Positions 29,610 through 38,339 of a stretch of 64,000 bases of DNA are shown here, in pieces. Position 1 is the stretch's first letter, and each line of letters opens with the position of its first letter. The position numbers and the translations under genes are program-made. The stretch spans positions 766,012 to 830,011 of the forward strand of contig OZ219801.1 in NCBI GenBank assembly GCA_964291655.2, read 5' to 3'. The notes below the pieces were generated by a model that saw only the letters and a list, made by a program, of their open reading frames with translations, was not told the DNA's origin and did no database searches. The stretch comes from Chloroflexota bacterium. GTDB taxonomy: Bacteria > Chloroflexota > UBA11872 > VXOZ01.

Positions 29610-31802
29610 GTGACGCGCATTCTGGGGCCGGCATTCCTTGTCGGTATCGTGCTGGGAACTGTCTTGCCGCCACTTCCGCTGGTGGTGCTTGCCCTTTTGC
29701 TGGTGAGTTGCCTAGGCTTGGCGGCCATGGGCATGCGTCCCGTGGCTTTGGGCGCGCTACTCCTTCTTGCCACCGTGCTGGGGATGGTCCGCACCCACAC
29801 CACGGAAACCGCCTCAGCCGCCAAGCCTCTGGACCCCTACCTTGCGCAGTCGGTCACGCTGCGGGGCTGGGTAGCGTCTGAGCCGGTCCGCTCCGAGCGC
29901 AGCACGCGGGTCAGATTCAACACGGAGTCTCTATGGGTAGACGACACCTGGCAGCCGATCTCCGGTCAGGTGTGGGTAACACTGCCGCCCAGGCTTTCGG
30001 CACGGTACGGCATGGTATGGGAACTAAGCGGACGCCTGGAAGCGCTTGAGAGCCTGAATAGTCCGTCGTACCAACGCTACCTTGAGCGGCGGGGCGCACA
30101 GGCGCTGCTGGCCTTTCCACAGGTTGAGTTTCTATCAGGCGAACGCGGCCAGCCGATCTTGCGCGCACTCTACGGGGTGAAGGAACGGCTGCTTGGCGTT
30201 ATGGAAGAAATCCTGCCACGGCCTCATGCCCCGTTACTCCAAGGGATTCTGCTCGGAGCGCGGGCCGGGATTCCCGCTACGCTGCGGCAGGCATTCGATC
30301 TCTCCGGCACCACACACCTCATCGCCATCTCCGGCTTCAACATGACCATCGTCGCCATCATGCTGGAGAGTGTCACGCGGCGTTTCTTTGGCAGGCGGTC
30401 ACTGTGGATCAGCATGGCCGGAGTCGCGCTCTACACAATCCTGGTTGGTGCGAACCCGGCTGTGGTGCGGGCGGCAGTCATGGCAATTCTGCTGCTGTTC
30501 GCCGCAACCCTGGGACGGGACCGCGATCCCTGGTCGGCGCTTGCTTTAGCAGCGGTGGCCATGACCGCCTGGGAACCAACCATCTTGTGGGACGTAGGAT
30601 TCCAGCTTTCTGTGGCCGCCACGGCCGGACTGCTCGTGCTCTCGAATCCCTTGCATGACCGGCTCCGCTGGCTGCCGTATCCCTTGCCCGCAGTTGTCGC
30701 GCCCACACTCGCCGCGCAGCTCTTCGTCTTGCCGCTACTGATATTCGTGTTTGGTCGCGTATCGCCGTTCTTTCTCATCAGCAACGTCCTGGCTTTGCCG
30801 CTCATACCCTGGATCATGCTCAGCGGAGCGGTAGCAACCGCAGTGGGCCTCATCCATACGGCCACCGGTCAGGTCTTGGCATGGAGCGCCTATCTACCCA
30901 TGGAGGCGTTCATCCGCATTGCCACGGAGGTGAGCCGTTGGCCGTCGTTTACGGTTTCCCCAGGCGCTCTGCTACCAGCCGCGCTTGCGGTGATCTTAAT
31001 AGCGATCGTTGTAGCTTGGACGCGTCGCAGAGTGCCTGAAGCAGGTGCAGGCCGCAGCATGGAGAGCACGCCGCTCTCCTGGACGACGATCTTCAGCCTC
31101 GGCACGGTTGGGAGCATCCTCTTTGTGCTGTGGGGGAGCGTTGCGGCTGACTTCAATCGTCAACCCAGCGTCACGCTGATCGAACGATCCCTCGGCAGCA
31201 CCGTCATGATTCAGACGGCCAACCGCCGCCCGCTGCTCATCGGCTTTCGCGAGCCACCCAGCGGCTATGACCTGGACCGCTTGCTGCCTATCTGGCAACG
31301 CAATAACACCCTTTGGATCGGTGGCAGTGAGACCTTGCAGCCTCGGGACAACGTTGGCGCCATCATCCAGAGCGATGGCGAGAACTGGCAATTGCAGGCC
31401 CAAGAGGCGAATGAGCTCCTGGCCAGCGGGGAGCAGTATCGAATTGCACTCGGAGCCTCAGATGCCCTTCACATTCACGCCGAGCGTACGCCGGAGTTCA
31501 TGCTCGCCAAGTTTGGCAGCCAGCAACTTGCTATCATACAGTCAAGCGCAAGCGTAGATCGTGTACCGCCGGTGGAGGTGCTCATCGTGCAAGGGGCAGT
31601 TACACCGGCCCGGCTGGCACACTTTATCGAAACTCTGCAGCCACACTTGGTCTTGTTGGACGAGCCGTGGCCGGATGTGAACGACGTCCAATGGAGGGAG
31701 CAAGGAATCAAGGTCGTGCGGCCGCCACCTCGGGGCTACGTGACACTCCGTTGGGATGGTCTGGTGTGGCAGATAGTGCAATCTGAAAGGGAAGAAATAT
31801 GA
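29610..31802 (+). CDS. comEC: ComEC/Rec2 competence channel with degenerate beta-lactamase-like domain
   Basis: GTTHLIAISGFN, PAVVRAAVM, DVGFQLSVAAT; the C-terminus lacks DVGQG and HxHxDH. Confidence 0.88.
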   Translation: MTRILGPAFLVGIVLGTVLPPLPLVVLALLLVSCLGLAAMGMRPVALGALLLLATVLGMVRTHTTETASAAKPLDPYLAQSVTLRGWVASEPVRSERSTRVRFNTESLWVDDTWQPISGQVWVTLPPRLSARYGMVWELSGRLEALESLNSPSYQRYLERRGAQALLAFPQVEFLSGERGQPILRALYGVKERLLGVMEEILPRPHAPLLQGILLGARAGIPATLRQAFDLSGTTHLIAISGFNMTIVAIMLESVTRRFFGRRSLWISMAGVALYTILVGANPAVVRAAVMAILLLFAATLGRDRDPWSALALAAVAMTAWEPTILWDVGFQLSVAATAGLLVLSNPLHDRLRWLPYPLPAVVAPTLAAQLFVLPLLIFVFGRVSPFFLISNVLALPLIPWIMLSGAVATAVGLIHTATGQVLAWSAYLPMEAFIRIATEVSRWPSFTVSPGALLPAALAVILIAIVVAWTRRRVPEAGAGRSMESTPLSWTTIFSLGTVGSILFVLWGSVAADFNRQPSVTLIERSLGSTVMIQTANRRPLLIGFREPPSGYDLDRLLPIWQRNNTLWIGGSETLQPRDNVGAIIQSDGENWQLQAQEANELLASGEQYRIALGASDALHIHAERTPEFMLAKFGSQQLAIIQSSASVDRVPPVEVLIVQGAVTPARLAHFIETLQPHLVLLDEPWPDVNDVQWREQGIKVVRPPPRGYVTLRWDGLVWQIVQSEREEI

Positions 31803-32623
31803 TCCGCAAGCTGGCAGTCGTTGGGGGCGGCGCGATGGGCGAGGCCCTTCTCGCCGCTGCAATTGCGCAAGAAGTGTGCAGCCCTAAAGCCATCACGGTC
31901 GGTGAACCGGTGGCAAGCCGCCGCGAACATCTCCAGCAGACTCATGGCATTGCCGTGGATTTAAATAACGTCAGCGTAGTCGCGGGAGCCGATGTCGTCA
32001 TCCTCGCCGTCAAACCCCAGCACGCCCAGGCGGCGCTGCCGCCGCTTCAGGAGGCGTTGAGCCAGGACTCGCTCATAGTTTCCATCATGGCCGGCGTCCC
32101 ATTGAGCACGATTGGTTCGCTCCTCGATCACCGGCGCCTTGTGCGCGCTATGCCCAGTATCCTGGCAACTATTGGGGAAGCCGCAACGGTGTGGACGGCT
32201 ACCGCCGAAACGACGGCGGACCAACGATCTCAAGCTCAAGCCTTGTTCCAAGCCGCGGGACTGGAACTCTTCGTGCCGGATGAACACTACCTGGACATGG
32301 CAACCGCCGTAAACGGCAGCGGCCCAGGATTCGTATTCCTCCTGCTGGAAGCTCTTATCGACGGCGCCGTTCGCGTAGGATTGCCGCGAGATACGGCGAC
32401 TGCGCTCATCGTACAGACGGTCAAAGGGTCTGCCCTTCTCGCGCAGAACGATAAGCGGCACCTCGCAGAACTCCGCAATCTTGTCACGTCGCCGGGCGGC
32501 ACCACGGCTGAAGGGCTGCAGGCGCTGGAACAGGGCGGCGTCCGCGCAGCCTTGCAGGATGCCGTCATGGCCGCGTATAGCCGCTCGCAAGCTCTTGCAG
32601 CACCTGATTCGAACAACCGCTAA
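31799..32623 (+). CDS. proC: Pyrroline-5-carboxylate reductase
   Basis: VGGGAMG, LAVKPQ, SIMAGV, RAMP, GSGPGF, VTSPGGTT. Confidence 0.93.
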   Translation: MIRKLAVVGGGAMGEALLAAAIAQEVCSPKAITVGEPVASRREHLQQTHGIAVDLNNVSVVAGADVVILAVKPQHAQAALPPLQEALSQDSLIVSIMAGVPLSTIGSLLDHRRLVRAMPSILATIGEAATVWTATAETTADQRSQAQALFQAAGLELFVPDEHYLDMATAVNGSGPGFVFLLLEALIDGAVRVGLPRDTATALIVQTVKGSALLAQNDKRHLAELRNLVTSPGGTTAEGLQALEQGGVRAALQDAVMAAYSRSQALAAPDSNNR

Positions 32624-32738
32624 CCGCGACTGGACTCGCTGGGCACTCTAGAACGGAAAAGATCCCAAGGCCGCACCTATAGGAGACAGCGGCGCGGACC
32701 TTGTACGTAACTGGCCGCAGCGGCGTTTGAGGACAACC

Positions 32739-32919
32739 TGAATTGACCGTTCGTGCCGAGCATATTGACCGTTCGTGCCGAGCCCATTAACTGTTCGTAT
32801 TGAGCCTGTTGACCGTTCGTGCTGAGCCTGCTGACCGTTCGTGCTGAGCCTGTTGACCGTTCGTACTGAGCCTGCTGACCGTTCGTACTGAGCCTGTCGA
32901 AGTATGAACGGTCAATTCA
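32739..32919 (+). repeat. Polarised tandem array of seven 22-bp family-B units closed by 14-bp inverted repeats
   Basis: tgaccgttcgt(g/a)c(c/t)gagcc units from 32744; ends tgaattgaccgttc / gaacggtcaattca. Confidence 0.9.
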
Positions 32920-32999
32920 AAGCGCGTTGCGTAACGAGGAGCGTCGAGAGTAGCTCGTTTGCACGATTCACTTCTGTCCCGCTACTGACTTGGAACACT

Positions 33000-34055
33000 C
33001 TACAGCCAGCGCCGGAGCCAGTCCACTGCCACCGTCCCGTGCCACTGGTGTTCGCCCTCAAAGACATCGAGCGCTAAACGCTCCGGCGCCTCGAGCATTG
33101 CGTAGACATCCGCCAGCTTGTCATACGCATCGTGCACGCCCGGCAGCGGGAAGATCGGGTCCTCCGTGCCTGCCTCAATCAGCAGCGGTCGGGGCGCGAT
33201 CAGGGCGCCGACGTCAGCCATTTCCGCGTGTCCCAGTATGCCGGGGATGTAGTTGTCCTCGCAGTGACGCATCGCCATGATCGACCATTGCCACGTGCAG
33301 AAATAGCCGCTGATTACGGCTGCCGTAATGCGTGGGTCCATGGCCGCAGCAAACGTTGTCACCGTACCCCCGCCGGAGAGGCCGACGCACGCTAGAGAAC
33401 CGGATCTTGCGAGACCTGCTTGGTTGGCGTACTCTTCCGCGTAGTCGATCACGCGCATGACGTCCCACACGCGCATGCCGATCATCGTGCGTCCCAGCAT
33501 GAGGGCATTCATGCTGGCCTGGCGGCAGGAGGACTGGCCCGGCGACTGCGCAACGTCCTCCATCTCGCGGCGCTCGCCGAACGCGCGTTGCTCCGGCGCA
33601 AACACCAGAAAGCCCTGTCGCGCAAGCTGGCGTCCGTAGTCATGGTTGCAGCGCCGCATGTGTTCCGCCACCTGCTCGTCCTGGGGCTCGCCGATGACTT
33701 CCTGCACTCCGGAGCCGTGACCGTGCAGCGCAATCACAGTGGGATAGGAACTTTGCCCGGTACCGGGCTTCAGGACGTATAGGGGCAGGCGCACACCCGC
33801 TTCGCTCGTAATCTCAACCTTCTGCTGGATGTAGCCGTCCTTCTGCACCGTCGCGAGCACCTTCGGCGCGTGGTCTTCACGCGGCCAACTAAAGCCACCT
33901 AGCAAGCTCGCTACCTTCGCCCGCAACTCGGCTTGCCATTGCGGGAAACCGGCGTGTCCAATCCCACCGTAGTCATGCTTGGGAAGAGTCTGCGCGTACA
34001 CCTGGCGCACGTGGTTGAGCGGCGCATAGTGAGCGGGCGTGCTTGATTCGGCCAT
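33000..34055 (-). CDS. Alpha/beta hydrolase (dienelactone hydrolase/acetylxylan esterase-like)
   Basis: LHGHG, GMRVWD, GLSGGG, HCEDNYIPG, APRPLL, FEGEH. Confidence 0.88.
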   Translation of the reverse strand: MAESSTPAHYAPLNHVRQVYAQTLPKHDYGGIGHAGFPQWQAELRAKVASLLGGFSWPREDHAPKVLATVQKDGYIQQKVEITSEAGVRLPLYVLKPGTGQSSYPTVIALHGHGSGVQEVIGEPQDEQVAEHMRRCNHDYGRQLARQGFLVFAPEQRAFGERREMEDVAQSPGQSSCRQASMNALMLGRTMIGMRVWDVMRVIDYAEEYANQAGLARSGSLACVGLSGGGTVTTFAAAMDPRITAAVISGYFCTWQWSIMAMRHCEDNYIPGILGHAEMADVGALIAPRPLLIEAGTEDPIFPLPGVHDAYDKLADVYAMLEAPERLALDVFEGEHQWHGTVAVDWLRRWL

Positions 34056-34495
34056 GGCATCTCCTCCAAATGAGCGCTGGTTAAGGCCTCTCCGGCGAAT
34101 TTCTGGCTACTTGACGTGGGTGCCTCTGCTCCCTCTACTGCGGTTTCTCTGTCACAGCCGAAGCCATTGAATACGCCTCTTCCCTCACTTGCCCAACCAT
34201 ATTCCTGGTCAAACATCTCCTTCGATTTCCCAATCGAATTCGGACGTTGAGAGAGAAAGCTCGGCTCCCTTCGTCCACACTCCAAACTCACAGGATCAAC
34301 ATTGCGGCGCGTAGGTGACCAACTCTTCTGCAGCCTATCACTCGACCAATGCGCGCCGCCCGAGAGCGGGACCTACCTTCCCGGCACAATCATGTCGGTT
34401 TCTCTCCAATGACTGATTTTGAGTATACTAGGAACAAGGCAATAAAGTGCCCCCTACTAAACCCGACGACATTCAATCCAGCAGGATCAGGTTAG

Positions 34496-35236
34496 ATGGC
34501 ACGTAAGCAAGCAAAAGACACCAAGAGTAAAGACGCCGAGGATTCAGCCGCCGCATCCCAGGAAGCAGAACTTCAAAGCGCGGCAGCAACCGAGACCGGT
34601 GACGAGAGCGATAGCGCATCCGACTCCGAAGACGCTTCGGGACTCATGCGAGAAGAGCTACAGTCCGAGGTCGCCGCAGCGCAGGAAGCACTTGCGGGTA
34701 AGGAGGAAGAGCTGCAGCAAGTGCGTGAATCTCTGGCGCGCGCCAGAGCCGATTTCGCCAACTTTCGGCGGCGCACGCAGCAGGAGCAAGAAGAGCAGGC
34801 AAAATTTGGCACCGCTCTCCTGGTAGCGGAGTTTCTGCCGATTCTCGATAACTTTGAACGCGCACTGGACACGATCCCCCGCGAACTTCGCTTCTTTTCG
34901 TGGTTGCAGGGCGTTGACCTTGTCCATCAGATGGCGCGAAACGTCCTTGAAAAACGCGGTCTGCAGCCCATTGACACGCAGGACAAGCCGTTCGACCCCA
35001 ACTATCACGAGGTAGTGCTCCGCGAGGGCGAGGACGACGACGGCGAGGTGGTCGTGCTCGAAGAGCTGCAGAAGGGGTACGTCATGTACGATCGCGTCTT
35101 GCGTCCCAGCCTCGTCAAGGTAGGACCGCCGCCGAGCGCAGATGATGCGGCTGAGCAAGAGGATGAAGATGGTGAAGTAGCGGAAGCCGCTCCCGCTTCC
35201 GATGCACAGTCGGCTGCCGAAACTGACCAAACCTAG
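34496..35236 (+). CDS. grpE: Nucleotide exchange factor GrpE
   Basis: RARADFANFRRR, LPILDNFERAL, FDPNYHE, QKGY..DRVLRP. Confidence 0.95.
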   Translation: MARKQAKDTKSKDAEDSAAASQEAELQSAAATETGDESDSASDSEDASGLMREELQSEVAAAQEALAGKEEELQQVRESLARARADFANFRRRTQQEQEEQAKFGTALLVAEFLPILDNFERALDTIPRELRFFSWLQGVDLVHQMARNVLEKRGLQPIDTQDKPFDPNYHEVVLREGEDDDGEVVVLEELQKGYVMYDRVLRPSLVKVGPPPSADDAAEQEDEDGEVAEAAPASDAQSAAETDQT

Positions 35237-35261
35237 GCCTGAATGGGTGAACTGAGACTAC

Positions 35262-36383
35262 ATGAGCACGAAAGCCGACTATTACGAAACACTGGGCGTA
35301 AGCCGCAATTCATCTGAGGCGGAGATCAAGCAAGCTTTCCGCAAACTTGCCCGGCAGTACCATCCCGACGTGAACAAAGACGCAGATGCCGAGGCGCGCT
35401 TCAAAGACATCAACGAGGCCTATGAGACGTTGCGCGACCCTCAGAAGCGGCGTGCCTACGACCTCTTCGGCCACAGCAACGGGCGTTCCGGCGGCATGCC
35501 GCGGGGCGTTGACCCCGCGGACATGGGCGGCATCGGCGACATCTTCGAGGCATTCTTCGGCGCCGGCGCGCGTCCCTCCGCACGTTCCGGTCCGGAAACC
35601 GGCACAGACCTGCGCATGGATTTGACGCTCGATTTTGCGGAAGCAGTGTTTGGCGTAGAGAAAGACATCGAAGTATCCCGCCTGGAGGCTTGCACGGACT
35701 GTTCCGGCAGCGGAGCGGATTCCGGGAGCAAAATAGTCACCTGTTCGGCCTGTAAAGGCCAGGGCCAAGTTCGTCGCATGCAGTCGAATTTCTTCGGTCA
35801 GTTCACAACGGTTGCCACGTGCTCCCGCTGTGGTGGCGAGGGCAGAGTGCCCACCGTGCGCTGCGGTACCTGCACTGGTAGCGGGCGCACCAAGCAAAAC
35901 CGTACGATTTCCGTCAAAATCCCAGCCGGCGTGGATTCGGGGCTGCGCATTCGTCTCGGCGGCCAGGGCGAAGCCGGGCCGAGGAACGGCCCCCGCGGCG
36001 ACCTCTATGTCTTCGTAAACGTGCGGCCGGACGAGCGCTTTGAGCGTGAAGACGACGACATCCACGTCGACTACCACGTCAACTTTGCGCAGGCCGCTCT
36101 GGGCCACACGGTCAATGTACCTACTTTGGAAGGCGACGAAAGCCTGGATATTCCCCCCGGCACACAATCGGGCTCTGTATTTACGCTGCGCAGGCGCGGT
36201 GTACCCCACCTGAACGGCGGCGGCCGGGGCGACCAGCACGTGCACGTGCACGTTGATATTCCTCAGCGGTTGTCGGCGGAACAGAAAGAACTCCTTCACG
36301 CGTTGTCAAAGACATTCGGCCACAACGCAGGCCCGCATGATGACAAAGGCTTCTTCGATAAGATGAAGGACGCGCTGGGGTGA
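35262..36383 (+). CDS. dnaJ: Chaperone DnaJ
   Basis: J domain with HPD, four CxxCxGxG repeats, C-terminal domain. Confidence 0.97.
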   Translation: MSTKADYYETLGVSRNSSEAEIKQAFRKLARQYHPDVNKDADAEARFKDINEAYETLRDPQKRRAYDLFGHSNGRSGGMPRGVDPADMGGIGDIFEAFFGAGARPSARSGPETGTDLRMDLTLDFAEAVFGVEKDIEVSRLEACTDCSGSGADSGSKIVTCSACKGQGQVRRMQSNFFGQFTTVATCSRCGGEGRVPTVRCGTCTGSGRTKQNRTISVKIPAGVDSGLRIRLGGQGEAGPRNGPRGDLYVFVNVRPDERFEREDDDIHVDYHVNFAQAALGHTVNVPTLEGDESLDIPPGTQSGSVFTLRRRGVPHLNGGGRGDQHVHVHVDIPQRLSAEQKELLHALSKTFGHNAGPHDDKGFFDKMKDALG

Positions 36384-37258
36384 ACCAAGTCTGGTTCGGC
36401 GACAATCTGCCCATCTTGAGACAATTCCCTGACGAATCTTTTCCGCTCATCTACATAGACCCGCCATTCAACACTGGTAAAGAACGCCTCTACACGCGCG
36501 TGCAAACGGTCGCTGACACCAATGGCGACCGCACCGGATTTCACGGGAAGCGCTACCTCACGACTCAAGCCGGCAGCCAGACCTATGCGGACGAGTTCGA
36601 TGACTTTCTTGCGTTCTTAGAACCCCGGTTGCGTGAAGCCTACCGTGTCCTTGCGCCAAACGGCACGCTCTACTTTCACATCGATTACCGTGAAGTCCAT
36701 TACTGCAAGGTGCTGCTGGATAGCATCTTTGGCAGGGCGTGCTTTCTGAACGAAGTCATCTGGGCGTATGACTACGGTGGACGCACAAAACGTAAGTGGC
36801 CGCCGAAGCACGATAACATCCTTGTTTATGTCAAGGATCCAAGCCGCTTCGCGTTCAATGCCGATGCCATCGATCGTGTGCCCTACATGGCACCCGGCCT
36901 CGTGGGACCGGAGAAAGCGGCGCGGGGGAAGCTCCCCACCGACGTCTGGTGGCATACGATTGTGCCAACCAACGGCAAGGAGCGCACAGGATACCCCACG
37001 CAGAAGCCGCTCGGGATTCTCCGGCGCATCATCCAAGCCTCCTCAAGTTCGGGCGATACGGTACTCGACTTCTTCGCTGGCAGCGGCACAACCGGCATGG
37101 CGGCTCACGAATGCGACCGCTCTTTCGTTTTGATCGATGACAATCCGCAAGCCATCGCCATCATGAAACAGCGCTTCAGCCATGTATCGAACGTGAGCTT
37201 TCTTGAACCGGCAATTGCCAATACGGCCGCGTCAACCACAGACGGGCAGCCGGAGTGA
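36380..37258 (+). CDS. Orphan N6/N4 DNA methyltransferase (beta-class motif order)
   Basis: LIYIDPPF precedes YPTQKP and VLDFFAGSGTT; no adjacent restriction endonuclease. Confidence 0.9.
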   Translation: MNQVWFGDNLPILRQFPDESFPLIYIDPPFNTGKERLYTRVQTVADTNGDRTGFHGKRYLTTQAGSQTYADEFDDFLAFLEPRLREAYRVLAPNGTLYFHIDYREVHYCKVLLDSIFGRACFLNEVIWAYDYGGRTKRKWPPKHDNILVYVKDPSRFAFNADAIDRVPYMAPGLVGPEKAARGKLPTDVWWHTIVPTNGKERTGYPTQKPLGILRRIIQASSSSGDTVLDFFAGSGTTGMAAHECDRSFVLIDDNPQAIAIMKQRFSHVSNVSFLEPAIANTAASTTDGQPE

Positions 37259-38175
37259 GCCCGCCAAAGCGCTGGCTGGAACTCTCCGTGCGGGCGCATC
37301 AGGAGGCGGCAGAGACCGTGGCGGCGCTGCTGCACAAGTGGGGCGAGGGCGGCGTTGCCATCTTTCAAGAGCACGAGCAAGAGACCGTCGACCACGATCC
37401 GCGTCCGGTCGGAGCCTGGCTGACTCTAACGAGCTACCTCCCCGATACCGTTGCCCTGCCTTCCCGGCGCGACGGACTGGAAAAAGACCTCTGGCACTTG
37501 CATGCTTTCCACGGCGATTTGGTCGGAAAACTGAAAACGCAGTGGGTTGCGGAAGAAGACTGGGCCAATGCCTGGAAGCAGTTCTATACCGTGCTCCACG
37601 TCGGCGAGCGCCTGGTCGTGAAACCGCGCTGGCAAGACTACGATCCTCAGCCGGGTGAAACAGTGATTGCGCTCGATCCCGGCATGGCCTTTGGCACCGG
37701 CACGCATCCCACCACCCAGCTCTGTCTGGAAGCGCTGGAACAACTGCCGGTAGCAGGGAAGAAAGTGCTCGACGTGGGCACAGGCTCAAGCATCTTGGCC
37801 ATCGCCGCTGCCATGCTCGGCGCGGCGGCCGTAGAGGCACTCGATACGGACTCGGTCGCAGTGGCCGCCGCCCGCGACAACGTGGCACAAGCGGGACTCG
37901 CCGGCGCTATCACTGTGAGGGAAGGAACCCTTCCGATTTCCGGGAATTCGCCCGTCTATGACATTGTGCTCGCCAACATTACTGCGCAAACGCTCATCTC
38001 GTTAGCTCCGGCGTTACATGCTGTAGTTGCACCGCACGGGCGCCTTCTCGCCAGTGGCATCATTGACCAGAAGGCTAATGATGTGATCGCAGCCTTCGAC
38101 GCGGTAGGGTTTGATCTGCGCAACCGCAGAGAATCCGGCGACTGGGTGCTGCTCGAAGTGAGTCTGTCTTCGTAG
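37255..38175 (+). CDS. prmA: Ribosomal protein L11 methyltransferase
   Basis: EDWANAWKQFY, DPGMAFGTGTHPTT, VLDVGTGSSILAI, VLANI, LASGI. Confidence 0.95.
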   Translation: MSPPKRWLELSVRAHQEAAETVAALLHKWGEGGVAIFQEHEQETVDHDPRPVGAWLTLTSYLPDTVALPSRRDGLEKDLWHLHAFHGDLVGKLKTQWVAEEDWANAWKQFYTVLHVGERLVVKPRWQDYDPQPGETVIALDPGMAFGTGTHPTTQLCLEALEQLPVAGKKVLDVGTGSSILAIAAAMLGAAAVEALDTDSVAVAAARDNVAQAGLAGAITVREGTLPISGNSPVYDIVLANITAQTLISLAPALHAVVAPHGRLLASGIIDQKANDVIAAFDAVGFDLRNRRESGDWVLLEVSLSS

Positions 38176-38339
38176 GCGCAAGGCTCTCCCGACAGTTGCC
38201 GCCAGTGCCGAGCGCCCGCGAGCGGTGCAGTAGGGATGCTTTGCTTGTGCTACTCTCCAAATAAGAAACCCTTAGTAATCTACGCTGCAGGCAAAACTAG
38301 GACCAATCAGAGAACCTTCCATAGAAGGAGTGAAACTCG

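Noticed and set aside
32744-32919. CRISPR array or replication iterons
   Set aside because: No spacers, no cas or Rep gene and no AT-rich unwinding region; the unit is the left arm of the dispersed family-B palindrome
34056-34495. CIRCE element or hrcA upstream of grpE
   Set aside because: No TTAGCACTC-N9-GAGTGCTAA and no hrcA ORF
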